Source: Planktothricoides raciborskii GIHE-MW2 (GTDB lineage: Bacteria; Cyanobacteriota; Cyanobacteriia; Cyanobacteriales; Laspinemataceae). Taken from it: a stretch of DNA of 64,000 nucleotides. Where the stretch lies: assembly GCF_040564635.1 (NCBI RefSeq), contig NZ_CP159837.1, positions 355,801 through 419,800 on the forward strand, written 5' to 3'. The stretch's first letter is position 1; every line of letters begins with the position of its first letter. The notes beneath the pieces are model-generated. The model worked only from the letters and a program-made list of their open reading frames with translations. It searched no databases and was not told the DNA's origin. Below, one piece after another: positions 10,704 through 19,577 of the stretch. The position numbers were made by a program, and so were the translations under genes.

Positions 10704-12080
10704 CTAGGTTTGGGTGGGAGCGATCGCGATTTCTAAAGTAAAAATGCTGCCTTTGCCTAACTCACTTTCAACTTTAAGATGGGCTTGATGTTTTTGGGCG
10801 ATCGCTTGGGCAATCGCTAACCCTAATCCAGTGCCACCAGTTTTACGAGAGCGATCGCTATCGACACGATAAAACCGCTCAAAAATATGGCTTTGTTGCT
10901 CCATAGAAATGCCAATCCCGGTATCTTTGACCGTAATAATCGCGGTGCGCTCGCGAAGGGTTAAAATCACCATTACCAAGCCCTCAGCGGTAGTGTATTG
11001 AATCGCATTCGCAATCAAATTTGAGACTAAACGATAAAGTTGTGATTCGTTGCCCAGCACATAAATTTCTTCTGCACAAACTTGACTATTTAATTGAATA
11101 TTAGCAGCGGTAGCCAGTTCTAAAAATTCTTCGGCTAAATCATTAACTAAATCATTTAAACAACAGGGTTTAAACGGTTTTGCCGACATATCTTGCTCTA
11201 AACTGGTTAGCAACAGTAAATCAGCGATGAGTTGGCTTAATCTTCTTCCCTGTCGTTCCACGGTTTGCAGCATGATCGGAATATCTTGCTGATTGGATGA
11301 CCCTAAACGCAGAATAGCTTCTACGGTTGCTAAGAGACTGGCAAGGGGCGATCGCAACTCATGGGCAGCATTCGCGGTAAACTGTTGCTGTTGCTGATAA
11401 GACTGATAAATCGGTTGCATTGCTAATGCTGAAAGCCACCAACTAGAGGCAGCAACTAAGCCCAAAGCGATAAAAAATCCTAGGGTTAAAATTTCTTTAA
11501 TTCTTCTGTTTTCGGCATCAAAAGAGGCTAAAGTGCGGCCAATTTGCAGATAACCCCAAGAACCATGATCGTGTCCGGGAATATGACCCTTAGCACTATG
11601 TAAAATAGTGGTGAATTGGCGATAGCGAATGCTATTTTTATCCTGAATAATTTGCCATGAAGTCGAAGTTAAACTCTGGGGAGGAGGAGAGGGTTGATTC
11701 GGGGAAAAAGCCAGTAGTTTTCCGTGACGATCGAATAAGCGAATGTAATAAAGATTGCGATCGCTAATCCCCGTGGTATGTCGCTGAATTAACGTGGGGC
11801 GAACATGACAAGATTGCCCAACTAAACATAAATCTGGAAAAATTTGCTGCAACACCACTGCCGGATCGCCGGAAGCCGGTAACATGGGTTCCAAGCTATC
11901 ATGCAAGGTTCCGGCGATCGACTCAATTTCTCGTTCCAACGCGACCCAGTTAGACTGAACAATCGATCGATACATCCCAAAACCCGATAAGCCCAAAATT
12001 CCCCCCATCACTACGGCATACCAAAGGGCTAACCGGATGCGACTACGGCGAAATAGCAAATGGATATTCATGGTTTTCAT
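10704..12080 (-). CDS. two-component sensor histidine kinase (two TM helices, periplasmic sensor, HisKA + HATPase_c)
   Basis: H-box AAHELRSPLASL, N/G1/G2 boxes (NLIANAIQYT, DTGIGI, GGTGLGLAIA); start overlaps the upstream response-regulator stop (ATGA). Confidence 0.9.
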   Translation of the reverse strand: MKTMNIHLLFRRSRIRLALWYAVVMGGILGLSGFGMYRSIVQSNWVALEREIESIAGTLHDSLEPMLPASGDPAVVLQQIFPDLCLVGQSCHVRPTLIQRHTTGISDRNLYYIRLFDRHGKLLAFSPNQPSPPPQSLTSTSWQIIQDKNSIRYRQFTTILHSAKGHIPGHDHGSWGYLQIGRTLASFDAENRRIKEILTLGFFIALGLVAASSWWLSALAMQPIYQSYQQQQQFTANAAHELRSPLASLLATVEAILRLGSSNQQDIPIMLQTVERQGRRLSQLIADLLLLTSLEQDMSAKPFKPCCLNDLVNDLAEEFLELATAANIQLNSQVCAEEIYVLGNESQLYRLVSNLIANAIQYTTAEGLVMVILTLRERTAIITVKDTGIGISMEQQSHIFERFYRVDSDRSRKTGGTGLGLAIAQAIAQKHQAHLKVESELGKGSIFTLEIAIAPTQT

Positions 12081-12811
12081 GGTTTCAAGGTAAAGCGATA
12101 GCCTTGACCGGGAACGGTTTCAATCGGGCAATCGCATTGGTAGCTGGCGAATTTCCGCCGCAACAGTCGCATTTGGGCGGCGACAACATTACTAATCGGT
12201 TCTTCATCGATATCCCAAAGTTGCTGGCGAATTTTGCTGCCGGAAATAATTCGATTGGGATTTTGCATCAAATAGGCAAGTACCTGAAATTCTTTGATGG
12301 TTAAAGGAATCATCAGGGGCGGGCGTTCGCTTTGTTGAACCGATAGCTGATTATTCCCATGATCCAGGGTAAACTCTCCCACCGTCAAGGTTAGAGGTTG
12401 TAGCTGGGGCGATCGCCGCTGAAGTGCCCGCAATCGTGCCAGCAATTCTTCCATCACAAAGGGTTTGACTAAATAGTCATCGGCTCCCGCATCCAACCCC
12501 GCTACCCGATTTTCCGGCTGTCCCAATGCGGTCAGCATCAGCACAGGTAAAGGATTTTTATGTAATCTGAGTTTTTGACACAACTCCAGACCGGACAATC
12601 CGGGAAGCAACCAATCCACGATCGCCACGGTGTAGTCCGTCCATTGGCTTTCGATGCAGTCCCATGCGCGTGTACCATCGGTCAGCCAATCCACCACATA
12701 TTTCTCACCCATCAGAACTTGCTTAATTGCCAGTCCTAAATCTGTCTCATCTTCCACCAGTAAAATTCGCATCGATTCACGGAAATCAACCACGGGGTTG
12801 ATTTTACCCAA
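12077..12811 (-). CDS. OmpR-family response regulator (receiver + winged-helix DNA-binding)
   Basis: MRILLVEDETDLG...D at the phospho-acceptor position; C-terminal trans_reg_C motifs (LTIKEFQVLAYLMQNPNRIISGSKI). Confidence 0.9.
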   Translation of the reverse strand: MGKINPVVDFRESMRILLVEDETDLGLAIKQVLMGEKYVVDWLTDGTRAWDCIESQWTDYTVAIVDWLLPGLSGLELCQKLRLHKNPLPVLMLTALGQPENRVAGLDAGADDYLVKPFVMEELLARLRALQRRSPQLQPLTLTVGEFTLDHGNNQLSVQQSERPPLMIPLTIKEFQVLAYLMQNPNRIISGSKIRQQLWDIDEEPISNVVAAQMRLLRRKFASYQCDCPIETVPGQGYRFTLKP

Positions 12812-12907
12812 ACATGGGCTATTTCATCTCAATTTCATCTGTGCTTTGGCAGACTATGAAAAATTTGAGTTGATTTTTGTTAAACCCCCTAGTTATTGTC
12901 AGGAGTA

Positions 12908-13573
12908 ATGATGAAAAGCTTTCCGCTAGTCAGTTCCATTCTTGCAGCCACTTTAACCATCAGTTGCCCCACCATTGTGTTTGCTCATGTGGGACATGGG
13001 GATGAATTCCAAGCAACTGGGGGAATTAACCGAGTGCAGGTTAACCCGCAAACCGATCAAATGTTGGGCATTGTGGTGACAGCGATCGACGCTACGACTG
13101 CTGATGGTTCTGGGGTGATGATTCCCTTTACTGCCTTAGTTGATGCGGACGGCAAGCAGCTTGTTTTTGTCCAATACAAAAATTTTTATGAGCCGGTGGA
13201 AGTGACCACGGGTGCAACCCAAGGGGATTTGATTTCGGTGACGCAAGGGTTGTCCGTTGGGGAAAAGCTGGTGACTCAGGGCAGCTTATCCCTGTATGCG
13301 GAATCGCGCAAAACTCAAACCGCCGATGCTGCCACAACTCCAGAGCCGATTTCTGCTCCCGCACCCGTTGCTTCGGCACCAGTTTCCCCGGCAACCGACC
13401 AGACCCATGATACTTCTGGCAATATGGTGCAATCCTCTGGGGAACAGTCTGGTGAAACGACTCAGAAATCCGGTGGTTTCCCAATGGGGATTTTGGCCGC
13501 CCTTGGGGGTGGGGCAGCGTTATTGGTGGGAGCGATCGCCGTTGTGGGCAACCGCAAGAAAGGGGGCGTTTAA
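12908..13573 (+). CDS. secreted/membrane-anchored protein resembling only the C-terminal membrane-proximal beta-barrel domain of RND periplasmic adaptors, with an N-terminal HxxHGDEF site and a C-terminal TM anchor
   Basis: Signal peptide; HVGHGDEF; core ...QMLGIVVTAID...MIPFTALVDADGKQLVFVQYKNFYEPVEVTTGATQGDLISVTQGLSVGEKLVTQGSLSL resembles the C-terminal domain of HlyD/CusB-type adaptors; Ala/Pro-rich linker; C-terminal GILAALGGGAALLVGAIAVVGNRKKGG anchor. Confidence 0.55.
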   Translation: MMKSFPLVSSILAATLTISCPTIVFAHVGHGDEFQATGGINRVQVNPQTDQMLGIVVTAIDATTADGSGVMIPFTALVDADGKQLVFVQYKNFYEPVEVTTGATQGDLISVTQGLSVGEKLVTQGSLSLYAESRKTQTADAATTPEPISAPAPVASAPVSPATDQTHDTSGNMVQSSGEQSGETTQKSGGFPMGILAALGGGAALLVGAIAVVGNRKKGGV

Positions 13574-13704
13574 GTAGGTGGGCAGAAATAAATGCACTAC
13601 AGACCCCACGAGAGAGAAGAAAGGCTGTCATTCCCGCGAAGGCGGGAATCCAAAGCCTATTGGCGGAAAACGAAAAGTGCAATTAATTATGTTCACCTAC
13701 TTAA
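13570..13704. mobile_element. MITE-like element (about 135 bp, TIR TAAGTAGGTG) containing the GTCATTCCCGCGAAGGCGGGAATC palindrome; copy 1
   Basis: Near-identical inverted copy at 52531-52659; the palindromic core gives the spurious IPAFAGMT ORF translation. Confidence 0.75.
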
Positions 13705-13710
13705 TTTAAA

Positions 13711-16700
13711 ATGCTGAATTCACTATTGAATCAAATCCTGAAAAACTCGATCGCCCAACGGTGGCTGATTGTGGTTGGTGCGATTTTTGTCACCGTCTGG
13801 GGCATCTTTACCATCACCCTTATGCCGTTAGATGTGTTTCCCGAATTTGCGCCGCCCCAAGTGGACATTCACACGGAAGCCTCTGGACTGGCCCCAGAGG
13901 AAGTGGAAACTCAAATTACGGTGCCGATCGAAAGTGCTGTCAATGGCTTGCCCGGAGTCACGATGGTGCGATCGTCCTCCAAAGTTGGACTATCAATGGT
14001 TCATGTAGTCTTTGACCAAGAGGCAGATATTTATAAAGCCCGACAAGCGGTGACAGAGCGACTTCAGCAGGTGACAAATCAACTGCCAGAGGGAACGCAT
14101 CCGCCAGAAATTTCGCCCCTGGTTTCGCCTTTGGGGACAATTTTGCAGTACGCCTTCACTGTTAATGGACAAGGGCAAACTTCGTTAATGGATTTGCGCC
14201 GTCTTGTGGAAGTCACCCTGAGTAATCAAATTCTTTCTGTAGCGGGAGTCTCTCAAGTCACGGTTTATGGGGGAGATGAACGGCAGGAACAGGTCTTAGT
14301 CGATCCCGCAAAGCTGCGATCGCTGAATGTTTCCCTTACCGAAGTCACCGATGCCGCCAGAAGTGCCAATGCCAATGCTCCGGGCGGCTTTCTCATTGGT
14401 GGCGGTCAAGAGTTATTGGTGCGGGGTATGGGGCAAATCAAATCGATTGAAGATTTGCAACAGTCTGTTGTCAAAGTCGAAAATAACCAACCGATTCTCT
14501 TAAAAGATGTGGCAGAGGTGAAAACCGGCAATGCCTTAAAACGCGGGGATGCCAGTTTTAATGGCCAGCCTGCGGTGGTGCTGATGATTAATAAACAGCC
14601 CGATGTGGATACGCCGACGGTTACGAAAGCCGTAGAAACGGTGATGGCATCTTTGCAGAGGACATTTCCCCCAGATGTGCAGCTTGTACGGACATTTCGC
14701 CAGTCTAATTTTATTGATACGGCGATTCAAAATGTCAGTGGTTCTCTGTTAGAAGGGACTATTATTGTGTCCGTAATTATGCTGCTGTTTTTGATGAATT
14801 GGCGCACGGCGGCGATTACTCTGAGCGCAATTCCCCTATCTTTATTGATTGGGTTAATGTTGATGAAAGCCTTTGGCTTGGGCATTAATACCATGACATT
14901 AGGCGGTTTAGTGGTGGCGATCGGCTCAGTGGTGGATGATTCGATCGTAGATATGGAAAACTGCTATCGCGGACTGCGAAAAAATCAAGCCCAGGGCAAT
15001 CCAAAACATCCCTTTCAAGTGGTTTATGACACATCGGTAGAAGTGCGTTTAGCCGTAATTTTTTCCACGGTAATTATCGTGGTTGTCTTTGCACCAATTT
15101 TTAGTTTGACCGGGGTGGAAGGACGCATTTTTGCCCCAATGGGTTTGGCTTATTTACTCTCGATTTGTGCGTCTACTTTCGTCGCCATGACCCTTTCTCC
15201 AGCACTTTGTGCTATTTTGTTAGCCAACCAAACCCTGCCACAAGAAGGCACGTTGATTTCACAATGGGCCGAACGCTTATATCGTCCGTTGCTAAATCTA
15301 TCGTTAAAAACTCCTCAAATTATTCTCGGTGTGGCACTCGCGGGATTAGTCGCTACTTGCGCGATCGTGCCATCTTTAGGAAGGGTGTTTTTGCCAGAAT
15401 TTCAAGAAAAATCTTTAGTAAATTCGATGGTATTGTTTCCTGGAGTTTCCCTGGAAATGACCAATCGCGCTGGGATGGCATTGTCTAATTTAATTCAAGA
15501 TAATCCTCTCTATGAATGGGTGCAAGTGCGGGCTGGACGCGCCCCCGGAGATGCTGACGGTGCTGGGGTGAATATGGCTCATGTGGATGTGGAACTGAGC
15601 GATCGCGCCCTGGAAAAGAGAGAAGCTAGTATTAAACAACTGCGGGAAACATTCCTCAAGTTACCGGGAGTTGCGCCTAATATTGGCGGATTTATTTCTC
15701 ACCGGATGGATGAGGTTTTATCCGGGGTGAGAAGTGCGATCGCCATCAAAATATTTGGTTCTGATTTAATCGAATTACGGAAAATTGGCGAACAAGTTAG
15801 AGATGCAATTCAGCCCATTACTGGAGTGGTAGACTTGCAACTTGAACCGCAATTACCCATTCGTCAGGTACAAATTCAGTACAGTCGCGCAGCCGCAGCC
15901 AACTATGGTTTAAGCATGGCGGATATTTCTGATGTAGTCGAAACCGCCCTCAACGGTCGAATCGTCTCCCAAGTACCGGAAAATCAACAATTAATTAATA
16001 TTGTGGTGGGCTTATCAGAATCAGCCCGAAATAATCTTGATGCGATTCGCGCTATTCCCATTAGCACTCCCACGGGACAAATCATTCCCCTGAGTACCGT
16101 TGCCAAAGTGGAATATGGCATGGGAGCCAATGTAGTAAATCGGGAAAATGTGTCTCGCTTAATTGTAGTTTCTGCCAACGTCCAAGGGCGTGACTTAGGC
16201 AGTGTGGTGGGCGATATTCAATCGCAAATTCAACAAAAAATCCAACTACCCAATGGTTATTTTATCCAATACGGTGGACAATTTGAGGCAGAAGAAAATG
16301 CTACTAATAATTTATTATTATATAGCATTTTAGCGGCGATCGTTATTACAGTCTTAATGTTCTTTTCGGTGAAATCACTCTCCGCCACGATCGCCATTAT
16401 GATTAACCTACCTTTGGCTTTAGTTGGTGGGATTGTTTCCATTATTTTGACTGGTGGCGTGATTTCCGTTGCCTCTTTAATCGGATTTATTACCTTGTTT
16501 GGGGTTGCGGTGCGAAATGGTTTGTTATTAGTCGATAACTATAACCAAAAATTCGCCGAAGGAATGCCCCTGAAAGATGTAATTATTAATGGTTCTCTAG
16601 AACGAGTCAATGCCATTCTGATGACCGCTTTAACCTCCGCTTTAGGAATGTTACCATTAGCGATCGCCAGTGGCGCTGGAAATGAAATTTTACAACCCTT

Positions 16701-16866
16701 AGCGATCGTGGTTTTAGGTGGTTTATTTACTTCCACGGCGTTGACATTATTAGTCATTCCGGCTTTATATGCCAAATTTGGCAAACAATTGATGCCAAAA
16801 CCAAAGCCAGCCGTTGTAGAAATCAGTTCTTTTTTCAGACCTGAATCATCAACGGAAGCAAGCTAA
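13711..16866 (+). CDS. RND efflux permease, heavy-metal-efflux (CusA/CzcA-like) family
   Basis: 1051 aa, 12-TM RND architecture; N-terminal pattern ...VNGLPGVTMVRSSSKVGLSMVHVVFDQEADIYKARQAV and TM4 AIGSVVDDSIVDMEN resemble CusA/CzcA. Confidence 0.85.
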   Translation: MLNSLLNQILKNSIAQRWLIVVGAIFVTVWGIFTITLMPLDVFPEFAPPQVDIHTEASGLAPEEVETQITVPIESAVNGLPGVTMVRSSSKVGLSMVHVVFDQEADIYKARQAVTERLQQVTNQLPEGTHPPEISPLVSPLGTILQYAFTVNGQGQTSLMDLRRLVEVTLSNQILSVAGVSQVTVYGGDERQEQVLVDPAKLRSLNVSLTEVTDAARSANANAPGGFLIGGGQELLVRGMGQIKSIEDLQQSVVKVENNQPILLKDVAEVKTGNALKRGDASFNGQPAVVLMINKQPDVDTPTVTKAVETVMASLQRTFPPDVQLVRTFRQSNFIDTAIQNVSGSLLEGTIIVSVIMLLFLMNWRTAAITLSAIPLSLLIGLMLMKAFGLGINTMTLGGLVVAIGSVVDDSIVDMENCYRGLRKNQAQGNPKHPFQVVYDTSVEVRLAVIFSTVIIVVVFAPIFSLTGVEGRIFAPMGLAYLLSICASTFVAMTLSPALCAILLANQTLPQEGTLISQWAERLYRPLLNLSLKTPQIILGVALAGLVATCAIVPSLGRVFLPEFQEKSLVNSMVLFPGVSLEMTNRAGMALSNLIQDNPLYEWVQVRAGRAPGDADGAGVNMAHVDVELSDRALEKREASIKQLRETFLKLPGVAPNIGGFISHRMDEVLSGVRSAIAIKIFGSDLIELRKIGEQVRDAIQPITGVVDLQLEPQLPIRQVQIQYSRAAAANYGLSMADISDVVETALNGRIVSQVPENQQLINIVVGLSESARNNLDAIRAIPISTPTGQIIPLSTVAKVEYGMGANVVNRENVSRLIVVSANVQGRDLGSVVGDIQSQIQQKIQLPNGYFIQYGGQFEAEENATNNLLLYSILAAIVITVLMFFSVKSLSATIAIMINLPLALVGGIVSIILTGGVISVASLIGFITLFGVAVRNGLLLVDNYNQKFAEGMPLKDVIINGSLERVNAILMTALTSALGMLPLAIASGAGNEILQPLAIVVLGGLFTSTALTLLVIPALYAKFGKQLMPKPKPAVVEISSFFRPESSTEAS

Positions 16867-17102
16867 AACCTGTCTGGTTATTCCAGAGTATAAAAGTGCG
16901 AAACATGGCGCGATTGTCTTTACCAAGTTGGTAGGCGATCGCTTTTTTCATAACCACCCGTCAAAAGCTAAAAAAAGGGGGAAAAAGAGGGGCTAATTTG
17001 TGATAAATTATCAATTTCATGTGCTGCTATGGTCAGTAAGTGATTCCCGAATTCGGTCTGAAGGGCGATCGCTGGTTTTGAGATTCGCCTCTCTCTGGTA
17101 AG

Positions 17103-17432
17103 ATGGAAGTTATTCCGCTAAATCATCATTCGGCTGTGAAAAATTTACTTTTACTGGGAACCTTAAGTTTTACTATTGCTTTTAGCTGCGGCTTAGTTGT
17201 CGAGAAAAATGTGACTAAAAGTGCGGCGATCGGTGCGATCGCCACCATTAGCACCCTGAGTAGTGGGTTGGTTTTAAGCAAAGTCTCAGAAAAAGAACGT
17301 CAAAAGCTTCAGGGACAGACCGAAAAAGTAAAAAGCCTGGAAAGTCAAATATCAAGCCTGACAGAGAAAAAGACCAACCTGGTCAAAGTCATTAATAATA
17401 AAACTCGTTCTAAAACAAAAGTTGAACAATAA
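17103..17432 (+). CDS. small membrane-anchored coiled-coil protein, or N-terminal part of an interrupted longer gene
   Basis: 109 aa; two predicted TM helices then heptad-like EKERQKLQGQTEKVKSLESQISSLTEKKTNL; ends at a TAA that is in frame with the downstream ORF. Confidence 0.45.
   Translation: MEVIPLNHHSAVKNLLLLGTLSFTIAFSCGLVVEKNVTKSAAIGAIATISTLSSGLVLSKVSEKERQKLQGQTEKVKSLESQISSLTEKKTNLVKVINNKTRSKTKVEQ
17430..17432 (+). other. in-frame TAA separating two halves of one continuous 460-codon frame (17103-18485)
   Basis: Translation from 17433 continues in the same frame (VNAKLKEIDRLKEEINSLKLQRDTLQDVIF...YNYILEGLEKSLVFYDPQKHKTFENYLESLQPAAEELWSAYRF...) with no stop until 18485, and no ATG/GTG/TTG until the TTG at 17712. 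Confidence 0.6.
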
Positions 17433-17711
17433 GTCAACGCAAAACTAAAAGAGATCGACCGGCTAAAAGAAGAGATTAATTCTCTAAAACTCCAGCGAGA
17501 CACTCTGCAAGATGTAATCTTCAATCTGGAAACTAAAGAGAAAAAAATCCCGGCTAAACGTTGGGTTAAACCTAAAGATAAACCCATTAAGAGTACCGGA
17601 TTATACAATTACATTTTAGAGGGATTAGAGAAATCGCTAGTTTTTTATGACCCCCAAAAACACAAAACATTTGAAAATTATTTAGAATCACTCCAACCAG
17701 CGGCAGAAGAA

Positions 17712-18485
17712 TTGTGGTCTGCTTATAGATTCAATCAGGTTCAAGTCAATTATGGGGAGCCGTCAATTCAAGCCGCTTATTTAATCCGTTATTATCCCCA
17801 CTATGCTTACATGAATTACCAAATATTAGAAATGATTCATCGTCAAAATCTATTTAAATGCTTCACAGATGAAACCCTAGAAGTATGCTTGTTTGGCGCT
17901 GGTCCTTGTCCAGAAATAGTTGGGTTAAGTAAACTATTGTCAGAAAATTATCAATTTATCAAAAAATTAGTGGTAAATGTATATGATCTTGCTGGCGCTC
18001 AGTGGTCTTTAAGCAGAGAGATTACTGAGAAATTTATTGTCCCCGAATACTGGTATGGAGATTTAACAGTAAATAGTAATTACCTGGATTTATGTGAATT
18101 TAATTCGCTTCAGTCAGTTAAGCAGAGCATTAAAAGAAGCCGGTTATTTGTTTTTCAAAATTGCCTAAATGAGATTTATAATGTATACACAGTTCAATTT
18201 AATTTGAATTTTTTGTTAGATGAAATTCCTGTGGGAGGGGCGATGGTGATTATAGACTTATGCAATTACAGTCAAAATGTCACCATCGTTGATGAATTGG
18301 AAAAAAAAGTAAAAAATAGAGGTGACTTTGAAATATATTGCCCACCAATTGATAACCTTAACATTAAAGCTTGCCCAAATCTGCCACAAATTATTAAAAA
18401 ACATCTTTTGACCAGTAAAGGTAGGTTAGTCCCTCGGAGTAAAGATATCCAGTGTCTTTTTATCAGTTTACACAAAATTATTTGA
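17712..18485 (+). CDS. hypothetical protein, possible class-I methyltransferase-like fold; putative partner of the convergent DUF1848 gene
   Basis: TTG start in the ORF track; the real N-terminus may lie upstream (see in-frame stop). Motif-I-like VCLFGAGPCPE followed by an acidic beta-2 end (NVYDL) suggests a Rossmann/SAM-MTase-like fold; AT-rich codon usage. Confidence 0.45.
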   Translation: MWSAYRFNQVQVNYGEPSIQAAYLIRYYPHYAYMNYQILEMIHRQNLFKCFTDETLEVCLFGAGPCPEIVGLSKLLSENYQFIKKLVVNVYDLAGAQWSLSREITEKFIVPEYWYGDLTVNSNYLDLCEFNSLQSVKQSIKRSRLFVFQNCLNEIYNVYTVQFNLNFLLDEIPVGGAMVIIDLCNYSQNVTIVDELEKKVKNRGDFEIYCPPIDNLNIKACPNLPQIIKKHLLTSKGRLVPRSKDIQCLFISLHKII

Positions 18486-18582
18486 GTATAAAATTAATCT
18501 AAATTTATTAGTTCAAATGAATTGCAAATATGTAGAATATTCTGCGATCGCCCAACTTAATTAAAAATTTTCAAATATGCGA

Positions 18583-19473
18583 CTATTCCACTAAAACAGG
18601 TGAGTTAGGATCGTGTTTTCGGTAATTTTCGCGGGCGCGATCAAAACTGGTCGTTGCATAGCAATACTGACAGCCAAACAAGCAAGTATCATACATACCA
18701 ATATCTCGGCTTTGGACACAACCACAAGCTTCTCGTTGACCCGGATCTTTTTGATGATTCACGTCTATGTCAAACACCTCCTTAATATAATCATCATCGA
18801 TACATTTACCATGCTGAATGCCATAGGCGGATAAATCACAAGATTCCGCACAGCTAAAAAGCCTTATCCCATATTTATAGGCAATTTTTGATATTTCTGG
18901 CAAAAACTTGTCCTTGACTTCCGGGATATCTGCAAAATTAATAATTTTAATATTTTGTTCTCGTTCAATTGTTTTCAGACGAGGATTATTTTTAGCGTAC
19001 CGATCCATAAAACTCAAAACGCACCGAGTAGCGGCGGGGAATAATCTATCGGCAATATCGCCGAATTGCTGAAGATGAAACTCGATATCGGTTGCCGAAC
19101 TAAAAACAATCGGATCGTAGCGCCAAATAACTTTGCGGTAGCCGATCGCCTGGACTAATTCGTGAAATGTGGCGATCGCCCGTTCCCAGGGAATGTTATT
19201 CTGGTCTAGAAACCGGGGATTATTCATAATTGTAAACTGAAAATAATATTTATATCCCCGTTCATCTAACTCTCGTAAGGATGACAACAAAGGTTTCGGG
19301 TTGCGCGTCCAGAAAACGATAACTTCTACATTTTCTGGAGTTAAATCAATCCGGGAAACTTGCTGGCGATTAAAGGGATTAGGCACCAGGCAGTAGCCCG
19401 CACGAATGCGATTCATAAACCATTGATGGTAAAAGGCAGGAATATCAGTCCGTCGGCTGGCACTAATAATCAT
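18583..19473 (-). CDS. DUF1848-family protein with C-terminal CxxxCxxC (radical-SAM-type Fe-S cluster motif)
   Basis: MIISASRRTDIPAFY N-terminus typical of DUF1848; C-terminal CGC...CLFGCQYCYAT contains C-x3-C-x2-C. Confidence 0.8.
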   Translation of the reverse strand: MIISASRRTDIPAFYHQWFMNRIRAGYCLVPNPFNRQQVSRIDLTPENVEVIVFWTRNPKPLLSSLRELDERGYKYYFQFTIMNNPRFLDQNNIPWERAIATFHELVQAIGYRKVIWRYDPIVFSSATDIEFHLQQFGDIADRLFPAATRCVLSFMDRYAKNNPRLKTIEREQNIKIINFADIPEVKDKFLPEISKIAYKYGIRLFSCAESCDLSAYGIQHGKCIDDDYIKEVFDIDVNHQKDPGQREACGCVQSRDIGMYDTCLFGCQYCYATTSFDRARENYRKHDPNSPVLVE

Positions 19474-19577
19474 ATTATCTAATCGATCTGTGTAATTATC
19501 GCACTACCATAATAGTATATCCCTACTAAATATTATGTAAGCTTTAAAAAATATTGAATATAATTTAAAATATGAGC

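Noticed and set aside
13128-13682. 184-aa minus-strand ORF beginning MHFSFSANRLWIPAFAGMT (and its twin at 52552-52737)
   Set aside because: The N-terminus is the translation of the palindromic MITE core (the IPAFAGMT artefact). The remainder overlaps the adaptor-like gene on the opposite strand. It is spurious.
17345-17608. 87-aa minus-strand ORF antisense to the coiled-coil region
   Set aside because: It lies entirely within the continuous plus-strand reading frame discussed above and shows a low-complexity antisense pattern.
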